A stretch of DNA of 64,000 bases, from NCBI GenBank assembly GCA_964489735.1, contig CAZBAL010000006.1, positions 11,796 to 75,795 on the forward strand. The letters are read 5' to 3'. A program made the position numbers and the translations under genes. Source of the stretch: an uncultured Clostridia bacterium. GTDB taxonomy: Bacteria; Bacillota; Clostridia; Tissierellales; Gottschalkiaceae. Positions 1 through 8,014 of this stretch are shown one piece after another (the first letter of the stretch is position 1; each line of letters begins with the position of its first letter). The notes under the pieces are model-generated. The model ran no database searches and was not told the origin of the DNA. It saw only the letters and a program-made list of their open reading frames with translations.

Positions 1-490
1 CATCTAAAATAATAATTTCCGGATTTTTCACTATAGCTCTGGCAATCATAATTCTCTGCTGCTGTCCTCCACTGAGTTCATAGAATGGCTTTTTTATATA
101 TTCTCCCATTCCCATCTTTTCAATCGCGGTTACAGCTCTTTCCTTGTGCTTCTTTCTGGGAATTTTAATGAATCCGAACTCATCATATAGCCCCAAAGTC
201 ACAAGTTCAAGACAAGTTACAGGAAAACCTATCTTGCCCACTGTATTTACTTGAGGTACATACCCAATCTTAGCATACGACTTCATTTCATCTATAGATT
301 CACCAAGCACCTTAATACTTCCAAATTCTCTTTTCAATTCATTTAATATGAGCTTAATCAGTGTCGATTTTCCACAACCATTCTTCCCCTTTATCACCGC
401 AAAATCACCATGTTCAATCGATAAGTCCAGATCATCAATTATTCTTTCTCCATTATACCCGAACGACAAGCTCTCTATCTCAATAACATT
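1..490 (-). CDS. Metal (Zn/Mn) ABC transporter ATP-binding protein, 3' end runs off the window
   Basis: Not in the ORF track. Manual translation gives NVIEIESLSFGYNGERIIDDLDLSIEHGDFAVIKGKNGCGKSTLIK (Walker A) and later LSGGQQSRIMIARAIVKNPEIIILD (ABC signature, Walker B). Lies directly after the adcA-like gene. Start codon is ambiguous (see findings). Confidence 0.88.
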
Positions 491-500
491 TAATTCATCA

Positions 501-1808
501 CTACCTTAATGACTGGTAAATATTTTCTAAATTCATTTTCATAAGACCAATATAATCTTGCTTCTTCTGCTTTTGTTCCTCTGCTACAAACTCCATTGTA
601 GATAGAGGTGCTATTTCCGCTCCGACCTCTGATGCAATCGTTTCTGCACCTTTTTTAGAGCCGCCATATTCATAAAAAATCGTCTTTATATCATTTTCCC
701 TGCAATATTCAATAGTTTCCTGCACAGTCTTCAAATTTGGATCTTCCATTGATGTTAAGCCTTGTAACGGATGCTGTTCCAATTTGAAGTCCCTGCAAAT
801 GTATCCATATGCCTCATGAGGGACTACAAAATGCTTCTTCTCAGTCTTTGCAAATTTTTCTTCATATTCACTTTGAATTTCTTCTAATTCCTTTTTGTGC
901 TTCTCACAGTTTTCTTTAAAAAATTTTTCATTTTCCGGACTAAGTTCTATCAATGAGTTAGTTATTTCATCTAAGTACCTCTGAGCATTTATTAGCGAAA
1001 TCCAGGAGTGAGGATCATATGTCACAAGTTTCCCTTCTTTTTCTTCTGATTTTATTAATTTCATCTCTTCTGGCTCTAATATATTGTCTTCTCCATCAAC
1101 AAATAAATATGAAAGTGATTTTCCAGACTCTCTATCAGCAAAAACCAGCCAGTCACCTTCCTCAGGAATTTCAAAGTATATCAGTCCATGGTCATGCCCC
1201 ATCTCCAAGCTATAGCTCTTTTTATTTTCAACATTGAAAGTCTCTTTTTGTTTTACATTCTGTGAATCCTTGCCCATTATTTCATGACCTATCTTACTCA
1301 GTTCTTCTTCACCTTCAGAACCTTCCAACTTGTAAAATCCAACCTTCAAAGTTTTTTCGTGAGTGTGCCCAAAATCTAGTGAATATTTCTCTTTAGATAG
1401 ATTCATTTTTCCAGAATATTTAAAACTTCCCTCTGCTGCAGAGCTGCCAACTTCTATAAGTTCTGCCGACTCACTTAAATCTTTAAATTTCAGATTATTT
1501 GCGCTGTCTTTTATTTTTTCTATCCATGGTTCCACACCTGCTCCATTAACTATCATTAAATCAGCATCATTAACTTCTTTAATGTCTTTTGCAGATGGCT
1601 CCCAATGGTGAGCCTCCTTATCTTCCGGCATAAATGATATTAAATTTATCTTGTCCTCACCTATCTTATTGGTTAAATCATAAATAGGATAAAAAGAAGC
1701 ATAGACAGTTGGTTTTGTAGAATGCTTATTGCCAGAATTTCCACATCCTACAATAAATAAAACTGTAAAAACACCAATCAATGTAATAATATTTCTTAAT
1801 CTATTCAA
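501..1808 (-). CDS. Zinc ABC transporter substrate-binding lipoprotein (AdcA/ZnuA, cluster A-I) with a ~140-aa internal insert
   Basis: Lipobox LFIVGC; metal-ligand motifs EAHHWEP, DPHSW, PHEAY, TME; next to ZinT and ABC ATPase genes. Confidence 0.9.
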   Translation of the reverse strand: MNRLRNIITLIGVFTVLFIVGCGNSGNKHSTKPTVYASFYPIYDLTNKIGEDKINLISFMPEDKEAHHWEPSAKDIKEVNDADLMIVNGAGVEPWIEKIKDSANNLKFKDLSESAELIEVGSSAAEGSFKYSGKMNLSKEKYSLDFGHTHEKTLKVGFYKLEGSEGEEELSKIGHEIMGKDSQNVKQKETFNVENKKSYSLEMGHDHGLIYFEIPEEGDWLVFADRESGKSLSYLFVDGEDNILEPEEMKLIKSEEKEGKLVTYDPHSWISLINAQRYLDEITNSLIELSPENEKFFKENCEKHKKELEEIQSEYEEKFAKTEKKHFVVPHEAYGYICRDFKLEQHPLQGLTSMEDPNLKTVQETIEYCRENDIKTIFYEYGGSKKGAETIASEVGAEIAPLSTMEFVAEEQKQKKQDYIGLMKMNLENIYQSLR

Positions 1809-1842
1809 TATACTGACACCTCTAACAATATTTTTAATAAAT

Positions 1843-1884
1843 AAAGCTCATTTCTGTTATTTTAATTAACATCGATGAGCTTTT
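1843..1884 (-). terminator. Inverted repeat (AAAGCTCAT...ATGAGCTTT) between zinT and adcA; terminator or mRNA-stabilising hairpin
   Basis: 9-bp arms around a partly paired loop, just downstream of the zinT stop. Confidence 0.45.
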
Positions 1885-1914
1885 CACAATATTTCACAAT
1901 ATTCAACAATAAAG

Positions 1915-2613
1915 CTATTCTGTAATCTCCTGAATGAACTGCTCTGTTGTAGAATTTGGATCAACCATTGTTGGGAACCAGTCTTCCTTTGCTAGAAGCT
2001 CTTCAGGCTCTTCATTTCCATATCTGAAGTGGAAATGCTTAAGTCCATCTTCGCCATGAGCTGGCATCATTAGGAAATATTTGTACTTGGCATCTGGGTC
2101 CTTTGCAGCAAAAATGCTCCATTCAAGATCATGTTTCCCAAATTTAGTGACTTCTTTGCCTTTGTACTCATATTCTGCCGATTCGATCTCATTAGCTCCT
2201 TCTGACTTGAAACCATCATAAAGAGTTATTTTTTCACCATCAACTGACATGCCATCAAAATCTACTTTTCTTTTAGCAACAAGCTTATCTTTTTCTTCCT
2301 GTGCCGTAGTTCCTTCCTTTTGAGCTAATGTTTCAAAAGCAGATTGAATCTCTTCCTTCTCAAGATATGCACCCATATTGTTCCAGTCACCACTCCATGA
2401 GCTTAAGGATTCCTGTTCTTTAGATGTGCCACTATCTTCTCCCTCTTTGCTATCGTCGGAAACCTCAGCTTCTTTTAATTCTTTTTTATCATCTGTTGTT
2501 TCCACTTTTGCAGTATCTTCAGTAGGCTTGCCATTTTCATTATTGTCACCACATCCGACCAGTGCTGTACTCATCATCACTCCTGCTAACGTAATAGTAA
2601 GTAATCTTTTCAT
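1915..2613 (-). CDS. ZinT-family zinc-binding lipoprotein
   Basis: Lipobox TALVGC, acidic linker, then ZinT-like motifs LSSWSGDW, YEYKG, YKYFLMMPAH, HFHFRYG, WFPT. Confidence 0.82.
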   Translation of the reverse strand: MKRLLTITLAGVMMSTALVGCGDNNENGKPTEDTAKVETTDDKKELKEAEVSDDSKEGEDSGTSKEQESLSSWSGDWNNMGAYLEKEEIQSAFETLAQKEGTTAQEEKDKLVAKRKVDFDGMSVDGEKITLYDGFKSEGANEIESAEYEYKGKEVTKFGKHDLEWSIFAAKDPDAKYKYFLMMPAHGEDGLKHFHFRYGNEEPEELLAKEDWFPTMVDPNSTTEQFIQEITE

Positions 2614-2628
2614 TTGATAACCTCCGCT

Positions 2629-2643
2629 TGATAATAATTTTCA
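2629..2643. promoter_or_regulatory. Fur-family (probably Zur-like) 7-1-7 operator
   Basis: TGATAAT-A-ATTTTCA, one mismatch to TGATAAT-N-ATTATCA, just upstream of the zinT RBS; a weaker second copy TGACAAT-A-GATATCA at 2674-2688. Confidence 0.6.
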
Positions 2644-2708
2644 CTTTCATATTGTATCAGTCATTATTCTAAATGACAATAGATATCAAATAACACGGTG
2701 GAATTTTG

Positions 2709-2743
2709 TAAAAAAATCCCCCGGGAAATTTCCCAGGGGATCA
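2709..2743 (-). terminator. Rho-independent terminator of the moeA-mobB-fdh operon
   Basis: ATCCCC-C-GGGAAA/TTTCCC-A-GGGGAT GC-rich hairpin followed by a T7 run on the minus strand. Confidence 0.85.
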
Positions 2744-2755
2744 TTAAATCTTATA

Positions 2756-5497
2756 TTAGTTTTCATTTACTTGAATATGAAGATATGCATCATGCATAGC
2801 TTTAAGAGCTTCTTTTTCAGATTCAACCTTCTCTATCTTAACTGCTGAAATTTTATATTCTGCCGTCTTAGTAATAGGGTCAAAAGCTGAGTTAGTCAAG
2901 TCATTAACCGGAGACTCTTTGTAGTGGAACGTCATAAACATCATTCCTTTTTTAAGTCTGTCAGTTATTTTAATTCTAGTTACAATGCTACCTCTTCTAG
3001 AAGTCACTCTTATGAATGAGTCCTCAGTTAAACCATAAGCCTTCGCATCTTCAGGGTTAATCTCAGCAAGTTCATGAGGTCTTATACCATCAAGCGATTT
3101 GGACTCTCTAGTCATAACATTGTAGTGATAAAGCATTCTACCTGTTGTAAGCAGCATTGGATAGTCATCGCAAACAAGCTCTGCCGGTTCCTCATACTCT
3201 ACAGGTATCATTATACCTTTACCTATTGAGAATGTTCCTTTGTGCAGGAATTTAGTTCCTGGATGGTCTGTAGATGGACATGGCCACTGTAGACCTTCTT
3301 TCTCAATTCTTTCATATGTTATACCTCTATATGAAGCGATACATTCTCTCATTTCCTCAAATATATCTTCAGCCACTTTATAGTCAAATCCAGGTGCACC
3401 CATTTCATTAGCAAGATCACAAAGTATTTTCCAGTCAAGTCTAGCTTCTCCTGGCGGCTCAGCAGCCTTTCTTACTCTCTGAACTCTTCTCTCAGTATTT
3501 GTAAATGTACCGTCTTTCTCCGCATAACAAGTAGCTGGTAGAACAACATCAGCATATTTAGATGTTTCGGACATTATTATATTCTGAGTTACTAGAAAAT
3601 CTAAGTTCATAAGCGCTTTCTTAACATGGTTAGCATCCGGGTCAGTTAAAACAGGGTCCTCTCCCATTACTATCATAGCTCTGATACCATCGCCAGCATA
3701 TGCTGAGTCAAGCATCTCAGGAATTCTAAGTCCTGGATTAGTGTTAAGCTTAACTCCCCATCTCTCTTCGTACTCTTCAATTACTTCCGGATCATAAGCC
3801 TGTCTATATCCAGGGAAGTAGTTTGGAAGAGCCGCCATATCACAAGCACCCTGAACATTATTCTGACCTCTAAGAGGATTAACTCCAGAACACTCTTTTC
3901 CTAAGTGACCTGTTAACATAGCCAAGTTAGCTAGGTTCATAACATTGGCTGTACCAGTTGTATGCTCAGTAATTCCCAGAGTATAGAAAATACCAGCCTT
4001 ATCAGTAGTAGCATAAAGTCTAGCTACTTTATAAAGTGTTTCAACTGGAACCTCTGTTAACTCTGAAGTGTATTCAGGAGTGTATTTCTTAACAACTTCT
4101 GCAACTTCTTCAAAGTCAGCAACTCTCTCTTTTATAAATTCTTTATCATGTAAATCTTCTTTTATTATTATATGCATCAATCCATTGATCAATGCAGCAT
4201 CAGTACCTGATTTTAGAGGAACATGAATAGTTGCGAAATCCGCAATCTCAGTTCTTCTAGGGTCAATAACAATAAGCTCAGCACCTTTCATTGCTGCTTG
4301 CTTCATCTTATTCCCAATGATAGGGTGTGCTTCTGTTGTATTAGAACCTATTATAAATAATACATCATTATCGGCAACCTCATCTATAGAGTTTGTCATT
4401 GCTCCACTTCCAAATGTAGCTGCAAGACCTGCAACTGTAGGAGCATGTCAGGTTCTCGCACAGTGGTCAACGTTGTTCGTTTGAAGTGCAACTCTCATGA
4501 ACTTCTGGAACACGAAGTTGTCTTCATTGACACATCTAGCCGAGCTCAGCCCTGCTATTGCATCTCCACCATGCTTTTCTTTTATTTCCATTAATCTACT
4601 TGCAACGTATGCTATTGCTTCCTCCCATGAAGCTCTTTCAAATACACCATTTCTCTTTATTAGAGGGTATTTCAGTCTCTCTTCACTGTTGATCATGTCA
4701 ATGTGGAATCTTCCCTTAACACACATAGATTTCTTATTTACAACTGCATTTTCATATGGTGTAACCCCGATTACTTTTCCGTCCTTCACATTGAGGTCAA
4801 ACTGACAGCCTGTTCCACAGAAAGGACAAGTAGTAGTAACCTTTTTAACTTCCCAAGGTCTAGTTCCCACAAGATGTTTGTTAAGTATTGCTCCCGTTGG
4901 ACATTCTGAAATACACTGTCCACAGAATCTACACATGTCAGTGTTCAAATCTAAGTCGAATCCTGTGGCAACTTTAGCTTTTATACCTCTTCCAATGAAG
5001 TCAATTGCAGTAGTTCCTTGAACTTCTCTACATACATTTACACATTTACCACAAAGAATACATTTGTTCTGATCTCTAATCATAACCGGATTAGATGTGT
5101 CTAATTCATATGTATCCTTATTTTTCTTATATGGAGAACGACTTATTCCGTATCTGTAACAGTATTCCTGTAATTTACATGTTCCAACTTTATTACAAGT
5201 CAGACAGTCTTCTGGGTGATTCGCCCAGATAAGCTCAAGTAAATCTTTTCTAACTTTAACTACTCTAGGTGATTCAGTTTCTATCTCCATTCCTTCTTGA
5301 ACATTTTCTGAACAAGATGCTGCAAGCCTATCTCTACCTTTAACCTCTACAACACAGATTCTACAACCTGAAAATTTCTTATAAAAATCACTGTAGCAAA
5401 AGTTCGGTATATCAATACCTACACTCTGTGCAGCCTTCATAATAGTAGTGTCTTCTGTAGCCTGGACATCTATCCCGTTAATCTTTAAATTAACCAT
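2756..5497 (-). CDS. fdhA: Selenocysteine-containing formate dehydrogenase alpha subunit (N-terminal 2Fe-2S/4Fe-4S NuoG-like module plus Mo/W-bisPGD domain), 913 aa
   Basis: ORFs 4448-5497 and 2756-4399 are in frame and joined by TGA (4448-4450) in [30 protein letters not shown], the FDH active-site motif. Also CPFCGTGC, RGQNNVQGACD, and an fdhF-type SECIS. Confidence 0.95.
4403..4447 (-). promoter_or_regulatory. Bacterial SECIS element
   Basis: After UGA: CAUGCUCCUAC-AGUUGCA-GGUCU-UGCAGCU-ACAUUUGGAAGUGGAGC. The apical stem-loop closely resembles the E. coli fdhF SECIS (GGUUGCAGGUCUGCACC). Confidence 0.88.
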
Positions 5498-5503
5498 AAA
5501 ACC

Positions 5504-5998
5504 CTACCTTTCTCTAATCAATTTGTTTTTAATAAATTCTGCTAATGCAACTATTTGATTTGTGTTGAAAACAGGTACCCCTTCATCGGACTCATTTAAA
5601 TCATCTGAAACTATGCCGAATATATTTTTCCTGTCATCAATTCTAGGTTTCCCTAGCTCTTTTCTGAAAACTTCAATCTTTGGAAAGTCTTCATTTTTGT
5701 AGCCCTCAACTATTATTAAATCCACCCCTGTAATGCAATCTATAATTTCTCTTAGGCCTTTATTTTTTTTTAATTTTTTTATTACTATATAATCTTCATC
5801 TGAAGAAAGTGTAACAGATGATGCTCCTGATTTCAGGTGTATTGTACTATCTTTATTCTCTCCAATATCAAAGCTGCCTTTATGGTGCTTTACCGTAGAG
5901 ATTTCTAAACCAATGTCAGTGTAGTACTTTAAGAGCTGTTCTATTATCGTTGTCTTACCTGAATCAGAATACCCAGATACAAGAACAACTGGTATCAT
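5504..5998 (-). CDS. mobB: Molybdopterin-guanine dinucleotide biosynthesis protein B
   Basis: VSGYSDSGKTT P-loop, VKHH, DLIIVEGYK, PKIEV. Confidence 0.92.
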   Translation of the reverse strand: MIPVVLVSGYSDSGKTTIIEQLLKYYTDIGLEISTVKHHKGSFDIGENKDSTIHLKSGASSVTLSSDEDYIVIKKLKKNKGLREIIDCITGVDLIIVEGYKNEDFPKIEVFRKELGKPRIDDRKNIFGIVSDDLNESDEGVPVFNTNQIVALAEFIKNKLIRER

Positions 5999-7224
5999 CC
6001 TATCTCTCTCCCTTCAAGAAGTATTATCTCAACAACTTCACCTGCTTTAAGTCCATTACTAGGTGGCATAACATCTATAAGACAGTTACAAACTGTCATA
6101 GACTGTAAAGCACTAGACTTCTGATTTCTCATAATAGAAACCTTGTTTAAATCACCATCTATTTCAAAATAACCTCTTATCAGTCTTCTTCTTGGTGACT
6201 TCTTATTGAAATCTGTCTGCAGAATTGCTTTAACTTTTTTGCTGTCAGTGATTCTAAATCCTCTTATCTTCTTGATAACCGGTGTGACAATATAATCAAA
6301 GCTGATAAATGCAGCTCCAGGATTCCCCGATAAACCTATCAGAAGCTTATTCTTGTAGAAGGCTGAGAGCATTGGAGTTCCAGGTTTCATATCTACTCTT
6401 TTGAACAGTACCTCTGCATCCAATTTCTTATACACATCATATATAAAGTCATAGTCTCCAACCGAAGCTCCACCGGTTGTAATCACCATGTCTACATCAT
6501 CGATATTCTGCTTTATTCCATCTGCAATTTTTAATATATCATCGGTTGCTATACCTAGATTTACAGGAGTGCAACCAAACTTTCTCAATATTGAAGCTAT
6601 AGTAAAGTAGTTGCTATTGTAAATCTGACCGGGTTCTAACTTATCACCTAAAGAGACTATCTCTTTTCCGGTGTTTAATATGCCAATAGTCGGCTTCTTG
6701 AAAACTTTCACCTTTGTTTCTCCAAGACTAGCTAAAACTCCAATAATACCTGGATTTATCAGTTCGCCTTTTTCAGCAATCATATCTCCTAATGCAATAT
6801 CTTCACCAATTTGGACCACATTAGCATCTTTATTCAGTTTATACGGAATATATACAAAACCATCTTCCTCTAAAATATCCTCTTTCTTGATAACTGAATC
6901 ATATCCATCTGGAACCGGTGCTCCTGTCATTATTTTAATAGCGGTATCTTCTTCATAACCATCCTCATGCAAACTTCCCGCTCCAATGTATCCATGGATT
7001 TTGAATTTCTTAGGAGCTTCCTCTATTGATTCTGTTTCTTCATAGTTAATAGCGAAACCGTCTAGTGCGGATCTTCTGAAATTAGGTATATTAGTTTTAG
7101 ATACATAGTCTTCTGCAAGTATCCTGTCAAGCGCATCCTCTAAATAGACCTCTTCTGTTCCACAATCTGATATTCTATTTAAAAGAACAGTTCTTGCATC
7201 TTCTGCACTAATATTTTTTATCAA
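5995..7224 (-). CDS. moeA: Molybdopterin molybdo/tungstotransferase MoeA
   Basis: PNFRRSALDGFA, IMTGAPVPDG, NSN, TTGGASVGDYD, MKPGTP, LSGNPGA. Confidence 0.95.
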   Translation of the reverse strand: MIKNISAEDARTVLLNRISDCGTEEVYLEDALDRILAEDYVSKTNIPNFRRSALDGFAINYEETESIEEAPKKFKIHGYIGAGSLHEDGYEEDTAIKIMTGAPVPDGYDSVIKKEDILEEDGFVYIPYKLNKDANVVQIGEDIALGDMIAEKGELINPGIIGVLASLGETKVKVFKKPTIGILNTGKEIVSLGDKLEPGQIYNSNYFTIASILRKFGCTPVNLGIATDDILKIADGIKQNIDDVDMVITTGGASVGDYDFIYDVYKKLDAEVLFKRVDMKPGTPMLSAFYKNKLLIGLSGNPGAAFISFDYIVTPVIKKIRGFRITDSKKVKAILQTDFNKKSPRRRLIRGYFEIDGDLNKVSIMRNQKSSALQSMTVCNCLIDVMPPSNGLKAGEVVEIILLEGREIG

Positions 7225-7297
7225 TATCCCACCTCCTCTTTCGCAATTTCATACATAACTCTTTCAACCAGTGTAAAATATTATTACCAATTCCTGC

Positions 7298-7615
7298 ATT
7301 TTTTTAAAGTATATCGAATATTCTGCGTTATCTCATTGTAGACAGAGTATTCGAATATCTATATTCTTTACAAAGTATATAGACAAGAGTTTTTCATTTT
7401 CTTTCCAAAGTATATCGGTAGTTATACTTCGCTTTCTTTGTAAAGTATATCGTGTACCAACAAATCTCATACCTATACTAAGTGTTGTAAAGATACGCAC
7501 TTTCTATACATAGTATAACCTTATATATAGTCTCTATCTTTCTGTAAGATATCGAATCGCATAGCTTACTTTCTATTCTATTAAGTATAGAGCATTTCTA
7601 TATATAATAGAATCG
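7298..7615. repeat. Degenerate repeat-spacer mini-array; core TTCTTT-NN-AAAGTATATCG with a 35-bp period
   Basis: Near-identical 19-mers at 7364-7382, 7399-7417 and 7434-7452, separated by two unique 16-nt spacers; degenerate copies near 7298, 7344, 7485, 7502, 7540, 7576. Confidence 0.75.
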
Positions 7616-7811
7616 TTATACTCGGCTAAGTGTATGATATGCAGTTATTGATATTTTTGTCATACTGGAAAAACCAGCGTTATACTCATATATACAGTGC
7701 TATTCGCACATTAGTTATACAGTCTATACTTTTTAATTATACTATAGATATTACTGAATGTATATTAATTAATTATTTAACAGAGATTTAATATAAAATA
7801 ATTTTACTTAT

Positions 7812-7845
7812 AAAAAAACAGAGCTGATACAAATTATCAGCTCTG
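7812..7845 (-). terminator. Rho-independent terminator downstream of the XRE pseudogene
   Basis: Perfect 11-bp stem CAGAGCTGATA-caaat-TATCAGCTCTG followed by T7 on the minus strand. Confidence 0.85.
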
Positions 7846-8014
7846 AAAACATCTTCTCTATAAAATTATTTTTTTAAGTATTAGATCCCCCAAATATAAT
7901 AGAACGCCATAGACCCATTATATAACAAGTTGAATTTATATAGAGTGACATTCAATTTTTGTCATTGACAGATTTAGGCAATAATTGGTTTAATTGTATT
8001 AAACCACTATTCTA

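Noticed and set aside
4400-4450. fdh as a split pseudogene or two subunits
   Set aside because: The TGA sits exactly at the catalytic residue, the frame is continuous and a SECIS follows.
7298-7615. Calling the repeat-spacer array a CRISPR or TIGR array
   Set aside because: The repeats (19 nt) and spacers (16 nt) are too short and too degenerate for CRISPR, there are no cas genes, and there is no Nop-domain gene or dual-repeat box C/D pattern. Kept as an unexplained repeat.
7620-7745. Moco/Tuco riboswitch upstream of moeA
   Set aside because: Only two tiny hairpins are present (CTGG-AAAAA-CCAG and GTGC-TATTC-GCAC). The region is very AT-rich and I could not build the multi-stem GC-rich fold. 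An Rfam search would settle it.
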